The translations under genes and the position numbers were made by a program. Positions 39,622 to 48,900 of a DNA stretch of 64,000 nucleotides are shown here, in pieces. Below the pieces are notes generated by a model, which saw only the letters and a program-made list of their open reading frames with translations, made no database searches and had not been told where the DNA came from. How positions within the stretch are numbered: position 1 is the stretch's first letter; each line of letters begins with the position of its first letter. This DNA is from Candidatus Parcubacteria bacterium (GTDB lineage Bacteria > Patescibacteriota > Patescibacteriia > CAIXNZ01), in NCBI GenBank assembly GCA_026395685.1, contig JAPLYG010000016.1, positions 65,035 to 129,034 on the forward strand. Direction: 5' to 3'.

Positions 39622-40674
39622 TTATTCAAGTTTTATTTCCCGAGAATGTTTCTGATCCAAAAAATCCTGAAAAAAAACGCTTACAGCAGTTGCCAACGGT
39701 ATCGCAATAATTACGCCGACGAATCCGCCTAAAGTAGCGCCGACTAAAAGCGAAACAATACTTAAGACAGGATTTAAGCCGACTGCCTTACGCATAATAT
39801 TCGGCACCAAAATATTATTTTCAAAAACCTGAATCACTATATAACAAATTAAAACTAACAGCGCCTGAAGCGGAGAATGCATTAAAGTAATAGATACGGC
39901 TATAAAGCCTGAAAAAGTTGGTCCTAAATAAGGGATGAATTCTAACAAGCCGGCAATAATCGCAAAAATTAAAGCATACTTAACTCCCAATACTAAAAGC
40001 ACCCCATAAACCAAAGTAAAAATACAAAAGCATAAAATTAACTGGCCGCGCAACCAAAGCCCCAGCTGCTTCTGGATGCGGTTAAACATTTGAAGCGCAT
40101 AAGGTAAATAATCAGGGGGCATAAGAGAATGCAGGATCTTTTTGACTGCGTTTTCCTCAACCAGCAAATAGAAAGTGATTACTAAAACTACAAATCCGGC
40201 AAGAATATCACTGAAAAAATCTCCGATTTTTTCCAGCAAGTCAACAGAGTTCAGCTGAAAACTTTGGCTGATTGATAATAAAGATGACTTAAAAGTGTCG
40301 GCCAGACCGTAATTATTCAAAATCCTGGCAAAATCAGACAAGCCTTCAATAGCCTTATTCCAATAATTGGGAAAATTTACCTGCAATTGAGCAGCCTGAT
40401 CAAAAATAGGCGGAGTCAACAAAATAATAATTAAAAGTAAAACCGCCAATAAAAAACAATAGACAATTAGCACTGCTAATAATTTCGGGACTTTTTTCCC
40501 TTTCAACCAATCAACCATTGGTTCTAAGATGGAAACTAAAATAAAAGCAAAAAACAAAATCACTATTACTCCCCTGATTAAATAAGCCAGGATAATCAAA
40601 GCGCATAGAAACAGGACTTTATATAATGTCTGAATAGAAATATCAATGCTGATTTTTTTGTTAATATTATCCAT
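39622..40674 (-). CDS. AI-2E (PerM/TqsA) family transporter
   Basis: WLRGQLIL, EFIPYLGP, QVFENNILVP, GLNP. Confidence 0.9.
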   Translation of the reverse strand: MDNINKKISIDISIQTLYKVLFLCALIILAYLIRGVIVILFFAFILVSILEPMVDWLKGKKVPKLLAVLIVYCFLLAVLLLIIILLTPPIFDQAAQLQVNFPNYWNKAIEGLSDFARILNNYGLADTFKSSLLSISQSFQLNSVDLLEKIGDFFSDILAGFVVLVITFYLLVEENAVKKILHSLMPPDYLPYALQMFNRIQKQLGLWLRGQLILCFCIFTLVYGVLLVLGVKYALIFAIIAGLLEFIPYLGPTFSGFIAVSITLMHSPLQALLVLICYIVIQVFENNILVPNIMRKAVGLNPVLSIVSLLVGATLGGFVGVIIAIPLATAVSVFFQDFLDQKHSREIKLE

Positions 40675-40989
40675 AAATAAGGAAAACCGCCTTCATAAAT
40701 TAAAATAAATAAAAAGCGGTAACTGATAACAATTAAGATGTTTCATTGCTTATATTATATAAAATTAATGCCTTTTGGTCAATCAGCGTTTTAATCTTGA
40801 CAAAATAAGATAAAAGTGATAATTTATTATATTGAACCTTAAATTAATACCCACAGGGCCTCTAATTAAAAAAAATCTATTACCCCTTTCTTTCTTAATT
40901 TTTTAGGCTCTATGGGTATTAACTTGCGGTTGAATGAGGAAGGCAAGTTGCCTTCTTTCTTTATTTACTTTAATTACAATGTTATTATT

Positions 40990-41116
40990 TAAGGTGTAAA
41001 GTGAATGGGTAAAGATGCTAGTAAGTGTTAAGTGCTTAGGTTATGTGTTTTTTAAGGACTTAACCCCAAACACCATTCACCTACCAGCCTCCTAACCTGA
41101 ACACTATTCACTATCT
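40990..41116. repeat. Family B fold-back element
   Basis: gtgaatgggtaaagatgctagtaagtg ... caccattcacctaccagcctcctaacc. Confidence 0.75.
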
Positions 41117-41121
41117 AATTT

Positions 41122-41580
41122 ATGCCCTCCCTAGCTATCAATAAAAAAGCCCGATTTGACTACGAAATACTGGAAACTCATGAAGCCGGTATTGTTTTGA
41201 GCGGACAAGAAGTCAAATCAGCTAAAGCCGGCCAAATAAGTTTAAACGGCGCTTATGTTGTAGTTGATAATAACCGCAATCTAAATTTACTGAATGCCTC
41301 TATAACGCCGTACAAAATGGCAGGCCCCTTGCCCAGCTATGATCCTGGCCGTACCCGCCGGCTGCTTTTGCACAAGAATGAAATCGATCATTTAGCAGGA
41401 AAAATCCAGCAGCAAGGGTTGACGCTGATACCCCTTTCATTGTATACTAAGCATAACAAAATTAAGGTTGAAATCGGACTTGGCCGGGGTAAAAAAAAGT
41501 ATGATAAGCGCGAAACGATCCGCAAAAGAGAAGATGACCGCCAAATCAGCCGTCTTTTGAAAATGAAAAATCACCAATAA
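41122..41580 (+). CDS. smpB: SsrA-binding protein SmpB
   Basis: NKKARFDY, EAGIVLSGQEVKS, RRLLLHKNEI, GKKKYDKRE. Confidence 0.97.
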   Translation: MPSLAINKKARFDYEILETHEAGIVLSGQEVKSAKAGQISLNGAYVVVDNNRNLNLLNASITPYKMAGPLPSYDPGRTRRLLLHKNEIDHLAGKIQQQGLTLIPLSLYTKHNKIKVEIGLGRGKKKYDKRETIRKREDDRQISRLLKMKNHQ

Positions 41581-41697
41581 CACAATCATCAATCATCAAG
41601 CAAATTCTAAACCCAAATGACTAAATAACTAATTTGGTAATTAGAATTTCGGTAATTAAGTATTGTTTGGATATTGTTTATTGATTATTGGTTATTA
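41581..41697. repeat. Family A fold-back element between smpB and ssrA
   Basis: caatcatcaatcatcaagcaaatt ... ttgtttattgattattggttatt. Confidence 0.7.
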
Positions 41698-41703
41698 AAC
41701 CAT

Positions 41704-42084
41704 GGGGATGATCGGACTCGATAGATCGATCTTTATCTAAGGCTGCAAGCCGAGCTGCTATCATGCTCGATAAACTGTTAGCCACTTTATAAGTGCAAAC
41801 AAATTTTTAAGCGGAGTTAAAGCAGCTTTTGCTTTTAACTTTGCTCCTGTTGCCGCTTAATCGCCGCAACCATCTGGACCTTTAACGCCTGATAAAAGGC
41901 TCCGGGTGTCAAAACATCAGGCTCGCCAAGTAAGGAGCGCCTTTGCCAGCTTGGCCAAAAAATTAAGGCATGATATAAGAATTTTGTCGGGATTAACATC
42001 TTATATTTAAATTTAACCCCGAACAAGCTTGTAGACGCCTGGCCGAAGACTTTCTAGACGCGGGTTCAATTCCCGCCATCTCCA
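41704..42084 (+). ncRNA. ssrA: tmRNA; tag ANKFLSGVKAAFAFNFAPVAA* (41795-41860)
   Basis: 5' GGGGATG, 3' gacgcgggttcaattcccgccatctcca with G3:U pair; tag ends AA-stop; next to smpB. Confidence 0.95.
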
Positions 42085-42202
42085 CATAAATTTTTACTTC
42101 GTAAAAATTTGGGTACTTAGTAGTTTGTACTTTGTATTTTGGGAAGAAGTAAAAATTTATCCTACACTACAAAATACACATACTCACACAAAAATAAAAA
42201 AT

Positions 42203-42468
42203 ATGTTTGACTTCGAAAAATTAGATGTATATAATAAAGAGCTTCTATCAGTATGGTAATAAATATTACTGAAGGTAGCGGAAAATTCTCTAAAGCTGAC
42301 AAACGAAATTTCTATACTATAGCTCGTGCTTCAACTTATGAATGTGTATCATTACTAGAAATTATTCTCGAAGAAGATCAAATCAGCCGCGAAGAGTATA
42401 ACGATTTTTATTCAAAATACGAAATTATTTCCAAAATGCTACTTGGCTTAATTAACAGCCAAAAATAA
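42203..42468 (+). pseudogene. Four-helix bundle protein with internal out-of-frame deletion
   Basis: MFDFEKLDVYNK from 42203 joined out of frame to RASISMVINITEGSG..ARASTYEC; intervening helix missing; preceded by tac heptamer fold-back 42113-42190. Confidence 0.8.
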
Positions 42469-42491
42469 CTTTAATAATTAATTTTAAAACA

Positions 42492-43058
42492 TTGAAACGT
42501 ATCAAATTCGCCAGAAAACAATGGCAAAGACTGGCTCCGCCTCCGGAAATTTATCCGGTTAATGAAAAAATAAGATTCCCCCAACTAAGGGTTATTGATG
42601 AAAATAGCCAGATGTTAGGCGTTCTGCCAACGGTTGAAGCTCTGCAACTTGCCAAAGAACGTGAACTGGACCTGGTTGTTGTTTCTCCTAAAGCAGAGCC
42701 TCCAGTCGCAAAATTTATTAATTACAGTAGTTTCAAATACCAGAAAGAAAAAGAGGCTAGAAAACAAAAAGCACAGCAAAAAATCGGAGAAATGAAAGAA
42801 ATCCGCCTCTCGCCCAGAATTGGCAAGCATGATTTGGATATCCGGCTTAAGCAGGCTGAAAAATTTTTAAGACGCGGAGATAAAGTAACTGTTTCCATTT
42901 TCTTAAAAGGACGCGAAAAACAGCATGCTGACTTAGGACGGGAAATGCTGGAAACTTATATCAAGGAATTAAGCCAATTACTTGATATTAAGTTTGAACA
43001 GGAAATAAAACGAACCGGCGGCAGCTTTTCTGCCATTATTTTGGCAAATAAGCAATAA
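42492..43058 (+). CDS. infC: Translation initiation factor IF-3 (non-ATG start)
   Basis: NEKIR..LRVID, LDLVVVSPKAEPPVAK, KEIRLSPRIGKHD. Confidence 0.95.
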   Translation: MKRIKFARKQWQRLAPPPEIYPVNEKIRFPQLRVIDENSQMLGVLPTVEALQLAKERELDLVVVSPKAEPPVAKFINYSSFKYQKEKEARKQKAQQKIGEMKEIRLSPRIGKHDLDIRLKQAEKFLRRGDKVTVSIFLKGREKQHADLGREMLETYIKELSQLLDIKFEQEIKRTGGSFSAIILANKQ

Positions 43059-43061
43059 CTC

Positions 43062-43090
43062 TTGACTTTTTATCAAGAAAAAGCTAAAAT
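43062..43090 (+). promoter_or_regulatory. Sigma70-type promoter for rpmI-rplT
   Basis: TTGACT-17 bp-TAAAAT. Confidence 0.55.
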
Positions 43091-43171
43091 AACCTTAAAT
43101 TAGCTTGACGGCTAATTTTAAGTTTAAAAATTCTCATAATCTAACATTAAAAACCTAAAATCTATATCAAT

Positions 43172-43378
43172 ATGCCAAAAATGAAAACTCATCAATCCAT
43201 TGCCAAACGCTTTAAAATGACAAAAAAAGGCAAAATGTTAAAAAAGAAAGCAGGACAGAATCACTTCAACGCCCGCGAAAAAGGCAGTGTTACCAGGAAT
43301 AAAAGACGCATACAGAATACCAACGAAAGAATTGCCTCTCCCTTGAAGCATCTTATCCCCTATTCTACTAAATATTAA
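43172..43378 (+). CDS. rpmI: 50S ribosomal protein L35
   Basis: MPKMKTHQSIAKRFKMT. Confidence 0.95.
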   Translation: MPKMKTHQSIAKRFKMTKKGKMLKKKAGQNHFNAREKGSVTRNKRRIQNTNERIASPLKHLIPYSTKY

Positions 43379-43429
43379 TTTAAAGGCTTTAAAGACTTTT
43401 GACTTTAAACTTTATAACTAAACAAAGAT

Positions 43430-43774
43430 ATGTCCAGAGTAAAACGAGGCGTCATTCATTTAAAAAAAAGACGCACTATCAGAAAAGCAACTAAAGGCTA
43501 CATGTGGGGCCGTAAGAAGACCATCAGACTCGGCCATACTGCCATGCTCAAAGCCGGCAATTATGCCTTTGCTCACCGTCGCGATAAAAAAGGCGTTTTC
43601 CGCAAATTATGGAACACCAGAATCAATGCTGCGGTCAGAGAACAGGGTTTAAGCTATTCCAAATTCATTGATTTGCTCGCTAAGAAAAAAATTGAGCTTG
43701 ACCGCAAAGTCCTCGCAGACCTTGCCATGAATTACCCTCTAGTTTTTGCTAAAATCATTGAAGCAGTCAAATAA
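43430..43774 (+). CDS. rplT: 50S ribosomal protein L20
   Basis: MSRVKRG, FRKLWNTRINAA, LDRKVLADLA. Confidence 0.97.
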   Translation: MSRVKRGVIHLKKRRTIRKATKGYMWGRKKTIRLGHTAMLKAGNYAFAHRRDKKGVFRKLWNTRINAAVREQGLSYSKFIDLLAKKKIELDRKVLADLAMNYPLVFAKIIEAVK

Positions 43775-43808
43775 AAAAAATTCTCCGTACCGCGGAGAAT
43801 TTTTTTTA
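43773..43808. terminator. Bidirectional terminator
   Basis: aaaaaaaattctccg-tacc-gcggagaatttttttt. Confidence 0.8.
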
Positions 43809-43810
43809 TT

Positions 43811-43933
43811 AGTGTTTTCGTGTGTAGGTTAAGATGCTGGAAAGTGCTAGGTGTAAAGGGAAAGTGTCAAAATGACACATCACCTTGACCTTAACACCTA
43901 CTAACATCCTTACCTATTCACTTTACCTTAACT
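43811..43933. repeat. Family B fold-back element
   Basis: taggttaagatgctggaaagtg ... acctactaacatccttacctattcac. Confidence 0.7.
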
Positions 43934-43935
43934 AT

Positions 43936-44583
43936 TTAATCAATCTTTATCAATTCAATACTATTAATAATAACGTCTTTTGTCGGATGGTCATTTTCAT
44001 TCACCTTAACTGCTTCAATCTTATCAACCACATCCATGCCCTCAACTACTGTGCCAAAATTCGTATGCTTGCCGTCCAGCCAGCTCGTGGCAGCCGCTGT
44101 AACGATAAAAAACTGAGAGCCATTGGAATCTGGACCGGAATTGGCCATGGCCAGGCTGCGACGAACTAATTTATAGCTATTGATTTCGTCTTTAAATTTA
44201 TAGCCCGGATCTCCTGTGCCGTCATTGCTCCAATCATCATCTTTACTATTGGGATCGCCACCCTGAATCATAAAATCAGGAATTACCCGATGGAACTTGG
44301 TATTATTATAGAATCCTTTTTTTGCCAAATTTAAAAAATTATTTACCGTTAAAGAAGCGTCTCCATTATAGAACTTAACTTTAATATCGCCAAAATTTGT
44401 TTTTAAAATTGCGCAGTTATACTGACTTAACAAATCTTCCAGACCCAATTCCTTATACGCCTGATTTAGTTCCTCCTGTTTTTTATCTGCCATATTATTG
44501 ACATTAGCCTTAAAATTTTGATTTTGGGCTTGGCAGCCGGCTATTAGAACAGCTACAATTAAAATTAAAAAAATTCTTTTCAT
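43936..44583 (-). CDS. Cyclophilin-type peptidyl-prolyl isomerase, lipoprotein
   Basis: Lipobox LIAGC; [31 protein letters not shown]. Confidence 0.95.
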   Translation of the reverse strand: MKRIFLILIVAVLIAGCQAQNQNFKANVNNMADKKQEELNQAYKELGLEDLLSQYNCAILKTNFGDIKVKFYNGDASLTVNNFLNLAKKGFYNNTKFHRVIPDFMIQGGDPNSKDDDWSNDGTGDPGYKFKDEINSYKLVRRSLAMANSGPDSNGSQFFIVTAAATSWLDGKHTNFGTVVEGMDVVDKIEAVKVNENDHPTKDVIINSIELIKID

Positions 44584-44589
44584 ATATTT

Positions 44590-44711
44590 AAAAGTTGTTA
44601 GTATCTGGGTTAAGGTAAAGATGCTAGTAATTGCAAAGTATTAAGATCAAGTAAAAATACATTGCCCTAGCACCATCTACTTACCAGCTTCTCTACCCAA
44701 AGACTATTCAC
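44590..44711. repeat. Family B fold-back element
   Basis: gggttaaggtaaagatgctagtaa ... ctacttaccagcttctctaccc..ctattcac. Confidence 0.7.
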
Positions 44712-44713
44712 GA

Positions 44714-45691
44714 TTATTTTAGATCCTCCCCCTTTACAAACGTATCCAGCCATTCCTGGTTCACAACATTAACAGCATCCCAGCTCCAGCCTTTGGCTTT
44801 AAATATTGTTTCACTAGGAATGTATTGCTGAATTAATTCGTGCAAATAATAGACCCTCGGACTATTAGCCAACTTTACCAGTTTGGGATAGGTAAAAATT
44901 GCCCGAGCCGGCCCATCAGCATGTTTGGTGACAAAACTATAATCATGAATGGCGTTCATCAGCAAATCATAACCATAGCGATGATTAGGGCCATCTTTGG
45001 TATCGCCGGAATCATTAGTGATAAATTCCTTTGTCGCATCATCGTAGCCGATGATAACCAACATGTGATAAGATGTTCCTCTGGGCGCCGGCACAAAAGG
45101 GATATTCTTATTTTGCAAATCAAACCCATACACAGGCACGATTACCGGCCGGTTCTGCTGCAATTCTTTTTTTATCTGAGAAATTGTCGGCTTTTCAATA
45201 ATGGTCGCATTATAGATCGTGTTATCATTAATAAGCTTGGCTGTCCTGACAGCGTCAGAATTGGCATTGCCTCCCCATAATTTATTTTGCGCGTTAAATA
45301 ACTCAGTCATCATTTTTTCCGCTTCCAGGACAGAAACAGTGCTTCTGCCATAATAATATTTATCAACCATAGTTATACACGCCTCTTCGCAGGCGTTTTT
45401 CCACGGACCAGTCCAGGAATTATCAGGTGATTCATTAATATAAGGAACAGACAAAAGCACCTTGCTGACATTCACAACAGGAGTCACTACTGGCTGATTA
45501 ATATTTATCGGCTTATTTACATTAACATTCTGAGTTACCGCATTATTTACGGATTTTACTGTTGCCGCATTTGTTGAATTACCACTGGAATTAGCCTCCA
45601 AAGGCGCGTCGTCCAAAATTGCAGACAACAAAAAATAACCTCCCACCAAAACGACAAGCACAATTATAATAAATTTAAATATATTTTTCAT
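44714..45691 (-). CDS. C39-like cysteine peptidase with short C-terminal surface module
   Basis: VPYINE, NACEEA, YHMLVIIGYD, FITNDSG; tail LVKLANSPRVYYL. Confidence 0.85.
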   Translation of the reverse strand: MKNIFKFIIIVLVVLVGGYFLLSAILDDAPLEANSSGNSTNAATVKSVNNAVTQNVNVNKPININQPVVTPVVNVSKVLLSVPYINESPDNSWTGPWKNACEEACITMVDKYYYGRSTVSVLEAEKMMTELFNAQNKLWGGNANSDAVRTAKLINDNTIYNATIIEKPTISQIKKELQQNRPVIVPVYGFDLQNKNIPFVPAPRGTSYHMLVIIGYDDATKEFITNDSGDTKDGPNHRYGYDLLMNAIHDYSFVTKHADGPARAIFTYPKLVKLANSPRVYYLHELIQQYIPSETIFKAKGWSWDAVNVVNQEWLDTFVKGEDLK

Positions 45692-45890
45692 ATAATTAAT
45701 AATAACATAAAAAAATGAAAATGGCAATTCTAAAATCTATTGGTAAGTGACAAAAAGTGCTATGCCGAGTTTAAAATTGCCTTCTGTTTTTGTGCTGATT
45801 TATTAGATATTAGTTTTATTTTAATTATAAATACAAATCTTAATTCATTTTTTTTAATTGTAACGAGGGACTAATGCTGTCTCCAAATAC

Positions 45891-45919
45891 AAAAAGGCTC
45901 TGCCAAGCAGAGCCTTTTT
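45891..45919 (-). terminator. Intrinsic terminator
   Basis: aaaaaggctctgc-caa-gcagagccttttt. Confidence 0.8.
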
Positions 45920-45943
45920 CGCTTATCTTAAATTTTCAAACTT

Positions 45944-48900
45944 TTATTGAGCAAAGATGTACCCCCAAGCTCTGACAGTTGACCAGGCTAATGGGTTAAC
46001 TGGAGAATGTCCAAACATTTCACGGAATTTAAGAATACCTAATCTTTCTTTAACCAAATCACGGGCAAAACGGATACGATACATCATAGTATTCCAAGCC
46101 AGATCATCCTTGGCATCCTTGAAATTCGGAGCATGGCCAAACATGGTTTTGAAAGTCGCTAACACTCTGCCGACCTGAGCCTGTTCTTTGGCCAGATTCC
46201 TGTAAATCGGTTTGTGGCCGGTTGCCATAAGTTCAATATCAGACCAGACAACATCAGCGCGCACAACTGTTTCAAAATAATCCCTGATAATCGCCCTTCG
46301 TTCACCTGAGCCGAATTTAATCGTTGCTGTAGAATTACCGTAAACAATAAAATTCACAATGGCATCCAGTTGAGCTTCGGTTAAGGTTAAGCCAAATTCC
46401 TTGGCATCAGCCAGTACTAATATCCGGTATCTAGCTTCTTCAGACTGATTTTCAATTAAGCCATAAGTAGCCAATAGAGAAGTTAAATTTGAAGGATCAA
46501 TTATAGTTACTGCCGGAGTTTCAGTCACTACCGGCTCTTCAGTAACAACTGCAACATAATTAATCGTATCGGAAAGTGCAGCAGAGACAGATCCTGTGGA
46601 ATTTTTAAATTTGGCATAGACTGTCTTAGAACCATAATTATCACTTAAGGTCCATGTTTTGGAAGTGGCATAAGTTTCCCAAATACCTCCTGAAAAATCA
46701 GCGTTATTGGAAATTGCCATCTGAACTGCATTGGTAGCGGCTATAGCCAAACTGACAGATTGAGAACTTGTTTGTGTTGCTCCGCCGGCAATAACCAAAG
46801 AAGTTCCGACCGGTAAAGTAGCATCAACAGGAGGTGTGGTGTATCCTCCGCCTCCGCCTCCGCCACTTAACGTTGCTGTAGTAGTGAATGTAGCGCTTAG
46901 GGGAGCAGCCAGAGAATTACCAACTAAATCATCAGCAACAGTAACACTTATTGTATGGGTACTGTTATAAGCATAAGCAGTATGAGTAATTGTAGCAATT
47001 GTATCGGTCGGATCCCAAGATATTCCGGTAGAATTATCTAAGGTGTAAGCAAAAGTGCCGGTATTAACTGGCTCATCAAAAGTAATGACAACATTTGCTG
47101 ACAAAGCAACTCCGGTTGCGCCGTTTGCCGGGCTGAATAAAGCGGTCGGAGCAGTATTATCAGCTCCAAAATCACTGAATCCATCAGTGTCAAAAGTCAA
47201 ATGAGTACCATCCCAAGCATAATTATCCAAAATATGGGTGCCATCATTTATGCCATCACCAGAAGCAGTATTTGACACATAGCCACTTATATTTCCTAAA
47301 TTATCATAAACAACTAAACCTGGCTGGACTCCGCCCGGAACCATGATAGAGATTGATGCCGCGAAATCCAAATCAGCGAGCGCTGCGCTATTAATTCCGA
47401 CATTAGCCGTTCCAGAACCGTCGCTAGCATTGATTGTAATATTGTCTCCAAAATCTATCAAGGCAGTAATCGTCGCAGAATCGGTTAAATTAACATTATT
47501 AATGAAGGTAATGCTTGCCAAATCATTTACTCCGTCATTGGCATTGAAGGTTAAGCTTGGCACATCAGTAAAGTCAGTAATCAATGACCAATCCGTGGTA
47601 TTGCTGGGAGGATTTGCCAATAATGGATCCAAATCAACTGGATTAATGCCGAATACTGCGCCAAAAGAATCTGTGCTACCCGTGCTAAAAGCAACATTTC
47701 CTGATTCATCAACCAAATAAAGATTCATTGCATATCCGCCCGGTAATGTCGGGATACCGAAAGTTGCCACCGGAAGGATAAACTCATATTCATTAGCCCC
47801 TAAATCATTTGTAAAATTTATATAATCAGTACCTGGAACTCCGGTTTCAAAATCATTCGGTCCAACAACTGAACACAAATCAGTCCTGTCATCATTAGCC
47901 AAAGATTGAGTGCAAGCCTTAAGCGCAGAAAGAGGCTGATCAGAAGTTACGCTAAATCTAATGCTTTGGCCGGCATAGTAATACCAATTGTTAGTTACGC
48001 CAACTGGATTGCCTCCGGCTTGTAGCAAGGCCTTGATTTGAGTAATTGCAGGAGCCGTCGTATCAACTGTGACTGAAGATCCTAAAGTACCAGAGGCAAT
48101 AGAAGCGGGATTAAGTGCTGAATCAGTCATATCAATGGTGAAATCAGCCAATGCGGCATCAGTATCAGGAGGCGTGCCCGTAACTGGAGCACAAGCGGTC
48201 CAGATAAGATCCCCTGAAACTGCATCACAGCCTGTTCCATCATCAACCGCTCCAACAACTCCGGCAGCCGGATTGTTGAAATTCACTGTCTGACTCAACA
48301 ATGTTTCACTGGGCGTAAATTCAACTATGACTAGCTTCCCGACGCCAGCTAAGGTAGTATCAAAAGCATTGTCAGAATATACACTATCAAAAGTCAAAAT
48401 CGGCTCTACATTATCTACAGGCGCCGTATCTGTTGAAGTAATGGGACCGGTTGAATTAGGAACGAGAGCATTATCAGTTACAGTCACATCAAAGGTATTT
48501 GTACCCTCATCATCATCTGCTGCTACAAGTAAATCATATGTCCAAAGACCATCACTCGTCGTAACATCGCCATTAGTGCCGTCATCATACATTACTTGAG
48601 CTGGATTACCACCAAATGGGCTTAAATCTGCAATAACAGAAGCAATGTCTCCATTATAACCGGTTGGATTATCACCGGCGCTGGTATTATCCCAAGTAAA
48701 AAGAATATGATCGCCTAATCTGCAGACACCAGCTCCAGTGCAGGTTGATTCATCAGCCATCAAACTTCCGGCATTGACTGTCGGTGCTGTTGTATCTGCT
48801 GTATATCCTGTGAGCTGACCACCCGCACCATCAACTATGGCCGCCATGGGATTTCCAGCCACATCAGTAATGTTGGATAATGTTCCATCTGTAATTGTGA

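Noticed and set aside
41419-41448. TTGACG-18-TATACT inside smpB as ssrA promoter
   Set aside because: Plausible, but 250 nt upstream, inside conserved codons, and not distinguishable from chance in AT-rich DNA
41835-42026. 63-aa minus-strand ORF
   Set aside because: Antisense to tmRNA
24373-42468. Diversity-generating retroelement suggested by Avd-like four-helix genes
   Set aside because: No reverse transcriptase and no TR/VR pair with adenine-specific differences; the 333-bp duplication is a tandem in-frame domain repeat
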